Assembly: GCA_945919295.1 (NCBI GenBank)
Contig: CAMEJC010000002.1
Span: 1 to 57,777, forward strand
DNA length: 57,777 bases
Direction: 5' to 3'
From: an uncultured Mycoplasmatota bacterium
GTDB lineage: Bacteria; Bacillota_I; Bacilli_A; RF39; UBA660
Under the pieces are notes generated by a model. It did not search any database. It was not told where the DNA came from and saw nothing but the letters and a program-made list of their open reading frames with translations. Below, in pieces: positions 38,727 to 47,703 of the stretch (positions are counted from its first letter, which is position 1; every line of letters begins with the position of its first letter). Made by a program: the position numbers and the translations under genes.

Positions 38727-39041
38727 ATGGAATTATATCAATATATAATAATAGTAGCAGTACTATTAATAATTGCTCTTGCGATAGTGAAAATGAATAA
38801 GAAAGATTTAAAATTAGAATTAAATAAATTAGTGGACCTTTTAGGAGGAAAAGAAAATATTCTTGACACCGAAGTAGAAATGTCTCGATTTAAAGTAACC
38901 TTAAAAGATATAACAAAAGCTAATAAAGAAGGAATATTAAAATTAGGTGCTAAAGGTGTTGTTGAAATAGATGATCAACTTAAAATAATTTTAGGATCTG
39001 ATGCTAAAAAATTAAAAAAATATATTGATGATTTAAAATAA
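38727..39041 (+). CDS. Membrane-anchored PTS EIIB(Glc)-like domain protein lacking the active-site Cys
   Basis: LLGGKENILDTEVEMSRFKVTL...LGAKGVVE aligns with EIIB-Glc [16 protein letters not shown]...LGAAGVV. Met replaces Cys. The ATG at 38727 follows GAGGTGG. Confidence 0.65.
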   Translation: MELYQYIIIVAVLLIIALAIVKMNKKDLKLELNKLVDLLGGKENILDTEVEMSRFKVTLKDITKANKEGILKLGAKGVVEIDDQLKIILGSDAKKLKKYIDDLK

Positions 39042-39044
39042 GTC

Positions 39045-39070
39045 AAAAAAGAACAAAAAGTTCTTTTTTT
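39045..39070 (+). terminator. Terminator of the EIIB-like gene
   Basis: aaaaaagaac-aaaaa-gttctttttt. Confidence 0.55.
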
Positions 39071-39078
39071 TGACATTA

Positions 39079-39095
39079 TTCGACAAAATTCGACA
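39079..39095 (+). promoter_or_regulatory. Two tandem perfect Spo0A boxes
   Basis: TTCGACA (reverse complement of TGTCGAA) at 39079-39085 and 39089-39095, 10 bp apart. They lie just upstream of a TATAAT at 39107-39112 and the kinase gene. Confidence 0.45.
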
Positions 39096-39139
39096 AAAAT
39101 AAAAGTTATAATATTTTTGAAGTAAGGGGAAGGTGAATT

Positions 39140-40381
39140 ATGATATCAATCACTGTCGAAGATATTATATTAAATATAATACTAATAATTTTTCCATTAT
39201 TAGTATATTTAGTTTTAGTATGCTATAAAGAAGAAATAAGCAAGTCATATAATAATTTTTTATTAAATATAGCGCTTTTTACATCATTATATTTATGTCT
39301 TCGTTTTGGTATAACAAGTAACAGTAGTAAAATATTATTATTTTGCAACATACCAATAGTAATAGCTTATATGAAAAAACGAACCTCATCAGCGATAGTA
39401 CTATCAATAATAAATATAGTTTATTGTTATTTTATGTTTAATGAATTATGTCTTATAACTATTATAAAGTATACATCTTACCTAATATTATATATGTGTG
39501 CTAATAAAAGAAGATTAAGTACGAGTGGCTTTATTCTTTCAATAGCAGTATTGCAAGGCTTTTTCTTATCTTTTGAATATTTTTTTAGAGAAGTTACCAC
39601 AGTATCAATAAATGATTTTATAGAATTAATATTACTAGTGTTTATCTATTACTTTGTTACCTTTTCAGTTGTTTATATATTCAAAGTAATAGAAAAAGTA
39701 CAATCTCTAAACACTTCAATCAAACTATTAGAAAAAGATAAGACTATCAAAGATGCTCTATTTAAATTAACCCACGAAATCAAAAATCCTCTAGCAGTAT
39801 GCAAAGGATATTTAGAAATGATTGATTTAGAACAAAAAGATAAAACTATTAAATATATATCTATAATGAAACAAGAAATTAATCGAAGCCTTAATATTAT
39901 GAGTGATTTTCTAGAGTTAAATAAAATCAAAGTAGTAAAGGAACAAATAGACTTAAATCTTATTCTCGAAGATGTATATGATTGTTTTAAAATAATAACG
40001 AAAAGTCATAATGTAAAATTAATATATAAAGACCGCGAAGATGAGGAAATATATTTTATGGGGGATTATGAGAGATTAAAACAAGTAATGATCAATTTAT
40101 TAAAAAATAGTTATGAATCAATAAATAATCAAGGAAAAATAGAAATATCTAGTAATATCTATAAAAACCACATTGACATTATAGTAGAAGATAACGGTAC
40201 TGGAATGAGTGAAGAAACATTAGAACGAATAAAGGAAATGTTTTATACTACCAAACCTACTGGTAGTGGACTTGGAGTAGCATTATCTAACGAAATAGTA
40301 AAAGCCCATAATGGGGAACTAATATATTCCTCAGAATTAAATAAAGGAACGAAGGCCACGATAAGATTACCATATCAATAA
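39140..40381 (+). CDS. Orphan polytopic sensor histidine kinase
   Basis: About 190 aa of TM helices, HisKA H-box THEIKNPL and HATPase_c (DNGTGM...GSGLGVAL). No adjacent response regulator. Confidence 0.85.
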   Translation: MISITVEDIILNIILIIFPLLVYLVLVCYKEEISKSYNNFLLNIALFTSLYLCLRFGITSNSSKILLFCNIPIVIAYMKKRTSSAIVLSIINIVYCYFMFNELCLITIIKYTSYLILYMCANKRRLSTSGFILSIAVLQGFFLSFEYFFREVTTVSINDFIELILLVFIYYFVTFSVVYIFKVIEKVQSLNTSIKLLEKDKTIKDALFKLTHEIKNPLAVCKGYLEMIDLEQKDKTIKYISIMKQEINRSLNIMSDFLELNKIKVVKEQIDLNLILEDVYDCFKIITKSHNVKLIYKDREDEEIYFMGDYERLKQVMINLLKNSYESINNQGKIEISSNIYKNHIDIIVEDNGTGMSEETLERIKEMFYTTKPTGSGLGVALSNEIVKAHNGELIYSSELNKGTKATIRLPYQ

Positions 40382-40441
40382 TCTTATCTTTTATTATTTA
40401 AAAATATTTGATATAATATTTAAAAAAAGATGGAGGTAAAT

Positions 40442-40705
40442 ATGGAAGATATATTTTTAAAAAATTTACCATCTATAGATTTACATGGCTATGATATAGA
40501 AACTGCTAGAGTAGCCACTAATGATTTTATTGATGATAATTTAATTATGAAAAATAGTAAAATATTAATAATTCATGGAAAAGGAAAAGGGTTAGTAAAA
40601 AAATCAGTTCATGAGGTATTAAATAATCGAAAAGAAGTTATTAAATTTCATACTGATAACTTAAATGAGGGGTGCACAATTGTTTATTTAACTGTTGACA
40701 ACTAA
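40442..40705 (+). CDS. Smr-domain protein
   Basis: IDLHGY...ILIIHGKGKGLVKKSVHEVL (Smr signature). The ATG at 40442 follows GGAGG. Confidence 0.75.
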   Translation: MEDIFLKNLPSIDLHGYDIETARVATNDFIDDNLIMKNSKILIIHGKGKGLVKKSVHEVLNNRKEVIKFHTDNLNEGCTIVYLTVDN

Positions 40706-40723
40706 TATCTTGTATGCTATAAT
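40695..40723 (+). promoter_or_regulatory. Consensus sigma-A promoter
   Basis: TTGACA (40695-40700), 17 nt, then TGcTATAAT (-10 hexamer at 40718-40723). Confidence 0.6.
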
Positions 40724-40749
40724 AAAAAACAATTTTAGGGAAGGATTAT

Positions 40750-40872
40750 ATGCTAGAAAACAAAGAAATTATTAAACTAATCAATGAAATAAATACGCTT
40801 ATTAAAAGTATTATGTATATAATTTTTTTAATAATAATTTGTTTGATAATTTGTTTCTTAGAAAGTATTTAG
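40750..40872 (+). CDS. Possible 40-aa tail-anchored peptide
   Basis: Not in the track. GGGAAGGA RBS. Product is MLENKEIIKLINEINTLIKSIMYIIFLIIICLIICFLESI. Confidence 0.35.
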   Translation: MLENKEIIKLINEINTLIKSIMYIIFLIIICLIICFLESI

Positions 40873-40902
40873 CTATAATACCACCAAATAGGGAGGTTTT
40901 TT

Positions 40903-42084
40903 ATGGAAGACGAAAGAAGAATAAACTGGCTTAGTTTATTTATCAAGATTGTTATTATATTTATTTTTGCATTAATAATAATATGGTTAGTATCAAAGAT
41001 AATAAACAAGAATAAATTATCTGAAACTTTTAATAACAATATAAATAATATGGAGAAAGTATCGATCGAATATTTTAAAGGAATAGATTTACCTCTAGAT
41101 AAAGGTAAGAGTATCAAAATAACCTTAGAAGAATTAATCGAAAAAGAATTAATCGTTTCTATTAATAATGATGGAAAAAATATTTGTGATACTAAGAATA
41201 GTTATTCTAAAATAACTAGAGAAAAGAAAAATTATATTGTCGAAACAAAATTAATATGTGGTAAAGAGAAAAACACCATTACTAAAAAATTTGACTTAAA
41301 AGATTGTCGAAATTGTAATAACAGCGTAGAAAAAGATAACTCAGAACAAAAAGAGACAAATACTAAATCTCAAAATAAAGATAGCAATGCTGGTACTTCT
41401 AACAATAGTAGTTCAAATAATGAAAAAGATACATACTATGAATATGTCAAAGAGTGGACAACATATACAAAATGGATGAGGGGAAGTACAACTGGTACTA
41501 ATATTGAAAATAAATATGAGTACTATGGTATTGATCAAAAAACATATTATACAATAGGATTTATAAAAAAAGATGATATAAATAAAAGTTCTATAACTTA
41601 TACTTTAAAATTAGATAACGTACCAAATAGCAAATACTATTTTACCACAGTAGACGAAGTAAGTTATTTTAATTCTAATGATGAAAGCGAATATTTAAAT
41701 GAAAAAAATGTATCATTATACAACAACAAAAATATAAAAATTCCAAACGAAATATCTAGTTATTCGTTAAAATATAATAACTTTGCTTATAAATTATCGC
41801 CTTATTATAGACAAGGATCATTTTATGTCAATGTTACTATATATATTACAGATATTAACAATGTAAAAACTTACTATGACAGTAATATAAAAGAAGATAT
41901 TTACTTAATACCATTAAAATTAAATATAAAATTTGCATCAAATGAAATAACAAGTACTAAACCATCAGGTGATTATGAAACAATATCTTATTATAGATAT
42001 GTTGAAACAAACAGAGACGTAATCTGGTCAACAGAAGATTATGTTGAAGGATATACCAAAACAGGAAATACAAAAATACAATAA
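40903..42084 (+). CDS. Hypothetical N-terminally anchored protein, 393 aa
   Basis: GGGAGG RBS. One TM after a short charged head, an Asn/Ser-rich linker and a large extracytoplasmic Tyr/Asn-rich domain. No family recognised. Confidence 0.6.
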   Translation: MEDERRINWLSLFIKIVIIFIFALIIIWLVSKIINKNKLSETFNNNINNMEKVSIEYFKGIDLPLDKGKSIKITLEELIEKELIVSINNDGKNICDTKNSYSKITREKKNYIVETKLICGKEKNTITKKFDLKDCRNCNNSVEKDNSEQKETNTKSQNKDSNAGTSNNSSSNNEKDTYYEYVKEWTTYTKWMRGSTTGTNIENKYEYYGIDQKTYYTIGFIKKDDINKSSITYTLKLDNVPNSKYYFTTVDEVSYFNSNDESEYLNEKNVSLYNNKNIKIPNEISSYSLKYNNFAYKLSPYYRQGSFYVNVTIYITDINNVKTYYDSNIKEDIYLIPLKLNIKFASNEITSTKPSGDYETISYYRYVETNRDVIWSTEDYVEGYTKTGNTKIQ

Positions 42085-42100
42085 AAACTAAGATAATTTC

Positions 42101-42688
42101 TTAGTTTTTTTCATTATTATTTAATATCTTATCAACAATACCATAATTCAAAGCTTCTTCACTATTCATAAAATAATCTCTTTCCGTATCATGATTTATA
42201 GTTTCCAAATCCTTACCAGTCATCAAAGATAATATTTTATTTAGTTTCTTTTTTAGTTTTAATATTCTCTCAGCAGCTATTTTAATTTCTGTTGCCTGAC
42301 CTTGAACTCCTCCCAGTGGTTGATGAATCATTACTTCCGCATTAGGAAGAATATACCTTTTTCCTTTTTTTCCAACTGCAAGAATAAAAGCTGCCATTGA
42401 TGCAGACATTCCCACACATATTGTTGATACATCGCTTTTAATAAAATTCATCGTATCATATATAGCCATACCATCAGTTATACTACCTCCTGGAGAATTA
42501 ATATATAAACTAATATCATTATTATTTAGACTATCTAAATAAAGGAGTTGCGCCACAATGATATTTGCAGTATTGTCAGTAATTTCTCCATTTAAAATAA
42601 TAATTCTATCTTTTAAAAGCCTTGAATAAATATCATAAGCCCTTTCCCCTGTTTCATTTTTCTCAATAACCATTGGAATTAAATTCAT
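42101..42688 (-). CDS. clpP: ATP-dependent Clp protease proteolytic subunit
   Basis: [27 protein letters not shown] (Ser) and MIHQP (His). The ATG at 42688 follows GGGTGAT. Confidence 0.95.
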   Translation of the reverse strand: MNLIPMVIEKNETGERAYDIYSRLLKDRIIILNGEITDNTANIIVAQLLYLDSLNNNDISLYINSPGGSITDGMAIYDTMNFIKSDVSTICVGMSASMAAFILAVGKKGKRYILPNAEVMIHQPLGGVQGQATEIKIAAERILKLKKKLNKILSLMTGKDLETINHDTERDYFMNSEEALNYGIVDKILNNNEKN

Positions 42689-42803
42689 TTTTATCACCCA
42701 TAAATAGTATAATTTATTGATACATTTTATATACGAAAAAAAGTATGACAAAAAATGCAAATTATATGATATAATAAATTATAGAATAATAAGGAGGACA
42801 ACT

Positions 42804-44456
42804 ATGCAATCTATAATAGTAACCTTGGATAACGGTCAAAAAAAAGAATATGTAAAAGGAATAAAATTAAGAGAAATAGTAGAAACATTAAAAAAAGAGT
42901 ATCCTGAAGGAGTAATTTGTGCAAAATATAATAATCAAATAATAAACCCTGAAGATTCTCTATATAAAAGTGGTATATTATCTTTATATGATATTAATAC
43001 CAAACAAGGCAACAAAATATATGAAAAGGGCTTAATTTACTTATTTGAATTATCGGCATTAGAAGTATTAGGCAAAAATACCGAAATAATTGTCAAACAT
43101 TCAATAGATAAGGGAATCTTTTGTAAAATTGATAAACCAGTAACTTCTGATGAAGTATCAAAAATCAAAAAAGTAATGCAAGAAAAAGTTAAAGAAGCTC
43201 TTCCGTTTAAAAAAATAGAAACCTCAAAATCCGAAGCTATCGAATACTTTAAAAGTATCAAAAGAGAAGACAAAGTAAGAACTCTATTTTATAATACTTC
43301 TAATTTTGTTACTTTATATCAACTAGATGATATGTATAATTATATTATTGGAGATTTACCAAATGATACATCAATACTAAAATATTTTGACCTATCATTA
43401 ATAAAAGATAAAGGAATAGTAGTTCGTTTTCCATCAATATATGATAATGGCCAAGTAAAAAAATATACGCATCACGAAAATTATTTTAATAGTCTTGAAG
43501 AATATTCTACTTGGGGAAATAATTTAAATATTAATAATTTAGGTGAATTAAATGATTTTATAATTAATAATAATGCTGGAGAAATAATTCAACTATCAGA
43601 AATAATGCAAGATTATAAACTACTTACTATTGCAGAACAAATAGTTTTAAATAAAGAAAACTATAAAATAGTATTACTATCAGGACCATCAAGTTCTGGA
43701 AAGACAACAACATCAATGAAATTATCTCTTTATTTAAAAAGTTTAGGATTAAACCCAACTCATTTATCAATAGATGATTATTTTCATGAGAGAAGCGAAA
43801 CACCTTTGGGAGCAAATGGTAAACCAGATTTTGAATCTTTAACAGCTGTGGATACTAAACTATTTGATAATCAAATAAGCAAACTATTGAAAGGCTCAAA
43901 AGTAACAGTACCAACTTTTAATTTTGTCGAGGGAAAAAAAGAATATAAAAGAACAATTCAATTAAAAGATAATGATATTTTAATAATAGAAGGTTTACAT
44001 GCTCTAAATGAAAATATTCTTACAAATATTCCTAAAAAGAAAAAGTTTAAAGTATATATAAGTCCACTTACATATTTAAATATTGATAACGATAATAGAA
44101 TAAGTATGACTGATTTAAGACTTTTAAGAAGAATAGTAAGAGATAATAGAACTAGAGGATATAGCCCCTCTACAACACTAAATAATTGGTCGGATGTTAG
44201 AGATGGCGAGGAAAAATATGTTTTTCCATATCAAGATAACGCTGATGTTATTTTCAATTCTAGTCTTGCCTATGAATTAGCAGTTTTGAAAACATTTGCA
44301 GAACCACTACTATTTACCATTAAAGAAGATGATCCAGAATACTTGACAGCACAAAGACTGCTAGAACTTTTAAAATGCGTTCTACCAATACCTAGTGAAA
44401 CTGTACCTCAAATATCTATTTTAAGAGAATTTATTGGAGGAAGTTATTTTGAATAA
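42804..44456 (+). CDS. Uridine/nucleoside kinase family protein with an N-terminal TGS-like domain
   Basis: P-loop LSGPSSSGKTTT. The ATG at 42804 follows AAGGAGG. The upstream 29 codons of the track ORF are unsupported. Confidence 0.7.
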   Translation: MQSIIVTLDNGQKKEYVKGIKLREIVETLKKEYPEGVICAKYNNQIINPEDSLYKSGILSLYDINTKQGNKIYEKGLIYLFELSALEVLGKNTEIIVKHSIDKGIFCKIDKPVTSDEVSKIKKVMQEKVKEALPFKKIETSKSEAIEYFKSIKREDKVRTLFYNTSNFVTLYQLDDMYNYIIGDLPNDTSILKYFDLSLIKDKGIVVRFPSIYDNGQVKKYTHHENYFNSLEEYSTWGNNLNINNLGELNDFIINNNAGEIIQLSEIMQDYKLLTIAEQIVLNKENYKIVLLSGPSSSGKTTTSMKLSLYLKSLGLNPTHLSIDDYFHERSETPLGANGKPDFESLTAVDTKLFDNQISKLLKGSKVTVPTFNFVEGKKEYKRTIQLKDNDILIIEGLHALNENILTNIPKKKKFKVYISPLTYLNIDNDNRISMTDLRLLRRIVRDNRTRGYSPSTTLNNWSDVRDGEEKYVFPYQDNADVIFNSSLAYELAVLKTFAEPLLFTIKEDDPEYLTAQRLLELLKCVLPIPSETVPQISILREFIGGSYFE

Positions 44457-44486
44457 TAAAAAACATATAATTTAATAGGTGTATAT

Positions 44487-45149
44487 ATGAATAAATATAA
44501 ACTATTAATAATATTATGTTTTTTTCTTTTTACCTTATGTCTACCTAGAGTAACTGCTACCATTAAAGATTTAAATTTACTTGGAAAAGTAATTGTTCTA
44601 GATGCTGGACATGGTGGCCCTGATCAAGGCGCCAGTAGTGGTCAAATTATTGAGAAAGATTTGAATCTAATTCTTGTTAAAAAATTAGAAAAGGAACTTA
44701 CATCACGAGGAGCAATCGTTTATCTAACTAGAGAGAATGATGATGATTTATCCACAACAATTGTTAATAGAAAAAGAAATGATCTTTATAACCGCGCCAA
44801 ATATATCAATGATATATCACCAAATATGTACATATCGCTTCATTTAAATTCCACAACATCTCCATCTTGGAGGGGATTACAAATATTTTATACTACTCAA
44901 AATAAAGAAAACAAAAAAATTGCCTCCACTATTACAGATTACTTAAATCAACACTTTTCAAATATTCGAGAAATAAAAAAAGATAATACTTATTATATGT
45001 ACAAGTTCATAAAAACACCAGGAGTTTTAATTGAAGCAGGTTTTATATCAAATCCAAGTGATAACTATTTATTAAGACAAGAAGATTATCAAAACAAATT
45101 AATTGTTTTAATCACCAATGCCATAGAAAAATATTATCAAAAAGATTAA
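44487..45149 (+). CDS. cwlD: N-acetylmuramoyl-L-alanine amidase CwlD (germination-specific type)
   Basis: Amidase_3 motifs LDAGHGGPDQGA, SLHLNS and IEAGFISN. Short protein with a signal/anchor, like CwlD. Confidence 0.8.
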   Translation: MNKYKLLIILCFFLFTLCLPRVTATIKDLNLLGKVIVLDAGHGGPDQGASSGQIIEKDLNLILVKKLEKELTSRGAIVYLTRENDDDLSTTIVNRKRNDLYNRAKYINDISPNMYISLHLNSTTSPSWRGLQIFYTTQNKENKKIASTITDYLNQHFSNIREIKKDNTYYMYKFIKTPGVLIEAGFISNPSDNYLLRQEDYQNKLIVLITNAIEKYYQKD

Positions 45150-45200
45150 AAAATCTTTTCAAAAAATAAAAATAAGTGTATACTTATAATAGGTGATAGT

Positions 45201-45557
45201 ATGAAAAAAGTATATCTAAAATATGATGAATACACTCCACCAGTCGAATGCGATTACGGATTTATAAAAGAAATGATATACTTAGGCTTTTTATATCCTA
45301 TAAAAAAAGCAAATTATAAAATGTTTTATATAATGTTAATGACAGAAGTTGCAGTATCTGTTCTTATTATGCTCTTTATTCCATTTAAAATAGGAATCGT
45401 GATTTGCCTTCTAATGATCCTTCTTATCAACACATTATTTGCTGCCAATTACAATATGATAATTATTGAAGAGTTATTAAAAAAAGGTTATGTCCCTCTT
45501 GATTATAATTCATCGACATTATTAATAAAAAAAGGAATATATTTTAAGTTACAATAA
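45201..45557 (+). CDS. Small 2-TM membrane protein (possibly DUF2628-like)
   Basis: AGGTGAT RBS. Two central TM helices. The family assignment is tentative. Confidence 0.5.
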   Translation: MKKVYLKYDEYTPPVECDYGFIKEMIYLGFLYPIKKANYKMFYIMLMTEVAVSVLIMLFIPFKIGIVICLLMILLINTLFAANYNMIIIEELLKKGYVPLDYNSSTLLIKKGIYFKLQ

Positions 45558-45579
45558 CTTATTATATATTCTTTTTAAA

Positions 45580-46566
45580 TTAAAATTTAAAATACTTACA
45601 TTCTAAATTCAAACTACAATCTTTCCCTGTAGCATAATCTAAATTACCAAATAAATTTTTTATTCTATCACTATCAATATTTTTCCCTTTTAACATTTTA
45701 TCAACTTCATTAATAATATTGATAGCTTTCTTTATCGCTTTAATATAAAGTTCAGTAAATGAAAAATCATATTTTTCATTTATATCGCAGGGATGGTTCC
45801 ATACATCTTTGCTATTATTTAAATAAAATAATTTAGAATTTGGATGAACATGAAAAGATAGCTCACTTTTCTTTACACATCTATTTTTACATATAAAGTC
45901 CATAATTTTATATATACATTTTTTGATTCCATATCTATCATAATTGAATACAAAATAAAACCTTTTCATATCCATAATCGATTTATAATAAATATCGCTT
46001 CCATTATCAAAACCATAAACATCCTTAATAACATTATCAATTAAATGTTTAAGTTGAATATTTAATTTTTTAATATTAAAAATATTTTTATAAACCTTAT
46101 AATCTTTAGGTAAAATATTTTCCCTATTATATATCAAATATATATCAATATAATATTCCATTTCTTCGTGAAGACCATTATATTTATAAGTTTGTTTATT
46201 TTTTTTGTCATATATTCCAGTATTATATATAGTAAGAGGATGAATAGTAGTATCTAATACAAAATGACAGATATGACCATATAAATAAGCCATAACCTGA
46301 CCGTTAGAATAATATTTTTTATCATTAATATAATTAATTAGTGATAAAAAATAGTCATTAATCTTTTTGTGATGCATAGAATAATTTATTTTATATATTT
46401 CTTTCGATCTTTTAGTTAAATGAAAGTCGTAAAAAAAGTAAGGATCTGGACCTTGAGAAAACGTTTTAAGATCTTCAATATTATTTTTAAGCTTATTTTT
46501 GATGTTTTTATCAATCCTATTATAAACATCAACACTAAAATAACTATGTGTCACTGAACTTGGCAT
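45580..46566 (-). CDS. Zinc-dependent phospholipase C-like / metal-dependent hydrolase family protein
   Basis: The N-terminus PSSVTHSYF and scattered His residues resemble the Zn-dependent PLC-like family. GGGGTAG RBS. Confidence 0.55.
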   Translation of the reverse strand: MPSSVTHSYFSVDVYNRIDKNIKNKLKNNIEDLKTFSQGPDPYFFYDFHLTKRSKEIYKINYSMHHKKINDYFLSLINYINDKKYYSNGQVMAYLYGHICHFVLDTTIHPLTIYNTGIYDKKNKQTYKYNGLHEEMEYYIDIYLIYNRENILPKDYKVYKNIFNIKKLNIQLKHLIDNVIKDVYGFDNGSDIYYKSIMDMKRFYFVFNYDRYGIKKCIYKIMDFICKNRCVKKSELSFHVHPNSKLFYLNNSKDVWNHPCDINEKYDFSFTELYIKAIKKAINIINEVDKMLKGKNIDSDRIKNLFGNLDYATGKDCSLNLECKYFKF

Positions 46567-46594
46567 ATTATCTACCCCAAATTAATTGTATCAT

Positions 46595-46644
46595 ATAATT
46601 ATGGTAAAAAAAACATAATTATTCGAAATTCTTACCATAATTAT
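46595..46644. repeat. 13-bp perfect inverted repeat in a divergent promoter region
   Basis: ataattatggtaa (46595-46607) and ttaccataattat (46632-46644), with a 24-nt spacer. Confidence 0.6.
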
Positions 46645-46767
46645 AAACTAAAATGAGAAAAGAAAGTGAAGTGATAAAATTTATGATACCGTTTTTTAAA
46701 AAATATATATCATTTTTATAAAATTTGTGTTATACTTTAGTATAGAATAATGGGATGTGTGATATAA

Positions 46768-47694
46768 ATGATAAAAAACTTTAAAACAATTAATGAACAA
46801 ATTGAAATTTTAAAAGATAAAGGTCTTATTATTGAAGATGAATCTACAACTAAGGACATATTGCTTAAAGAAAATTATTTCTTTATCATGGGATATCGAC
46901 ATCTTTTTATGAAATCATCTAAAGAAAATAAATTTATTCCTGGTACAACTTTTGAAGAATTATATGCATTATTTACATTTGATAGAAATTTTCGAAATAT
47001 TATATTTAAAAATGTTTTAGTTATTGAAAACCAATTAAAATCAGTTATATCTTATCAATTATCAAAAAAATATGGTTATCGTGAAAAAGACTATTTGAAT
47101 CCTAAAAATTTCACTTCTGATCATGACAAGACAAGACGAGTAAGAGATTTAATTGATAAAATGAAAAGACAAATAAGAATAAATGCCTCCTCACACAATG
47201 CTACGATGCATTATATGAACAATTATGGTTATATACCACTGTGGGTGTTAGTTAAAGTATTATCTTTTGGTATTGTTTGTGAGTTATATACCATACTAAA
47301 AAAAGAAGATCAAATAGAAATATCGGAAATATTCAATACCACACCATCAGTACTCGAGGATATTTTAGTAATTCTTTCAAATTACCGTAATCTTTGTGCT
47401 CATGAAGATATTGTTTTTGAACATAAAACAGAAAGAATAATACCAAATACCAAGTACCATGAACTTATGAACATACCTAAGATGGATGATGAATATATAT
47501 ATGGTAAAAATGATCTTTTTGCAGTGGTAATAATATTTAAAATATTACTAAATCAAAAAGATTTTAGATTAATGATGAAAGAAATTGAATATGAAATAGA
47601 ACTTTTAGATGGTCGAATTGATTCAATTTCAATAAATAAAGTATTAGATAGAATGGGATTCCCAGAAGATTATATTGAAATAATAGGTAGGTGA
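46768..47694 (+). CDS. Abi (AbiD/AbiF, Abi_2) family abortive-infection protein
   Basis: Family-typical blocks: IEILKDKGL, FxxLxxxYxFDRxxR and SNYRNLCAHEDIVF. Confidence 0.8.
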   Translation: MIKNFKTINEQIEILKDKGLIIEDESTTKDILLKENYFFIMGYRHLFMKSSKENKFIPGTTFEELYALFTFDRNFRNIIFKNVLVIENQLKSVISYQLSKKYGYREKDYLNPKNFTSDHDKTRRVRDLIDKMKRQIRINASSHNATMHYMNNYGYIPLWVLVKVLSFGIVCELYTILKKEDQIEISEIFNTTPSVLEDILVILSNYRNLCAHEDIVFEHKTERIIPNTKYHELMNIPKMDDEYIYGKNDLFAVVIIFKILLNQKDFRLMMKEIEYEIELLDGRIDSISINKVLDRMGFPEDYIEIIGR

Positions 47695-47703
47695 CAAATA
47701 AAA

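Noticed and set aside
42689-42803. Expected CtsR operator (GGTCAAA direct repeat) upstream of clpP
   Set aside because: No GGTCAAA repeat is present on either strand of the spacer.
44748-44756. Perfect DnaA box TTATCCACA
   Set aside because: It is a single isolated copy inside the cwlD coding sequence. One-mismatch copies elsewhere (for example 2326-2334, 855-863 and 43849-43857) are scattered rather than clustered, so there is no oriC call.
46653-46721. 22-aa ORF (MRKESEVIKFMIPFFKKYISFL) upstream of the Abi gene
   Set aside because: It has no RBS, it overlaps the likely Abi promoter and it has no recognisable features.
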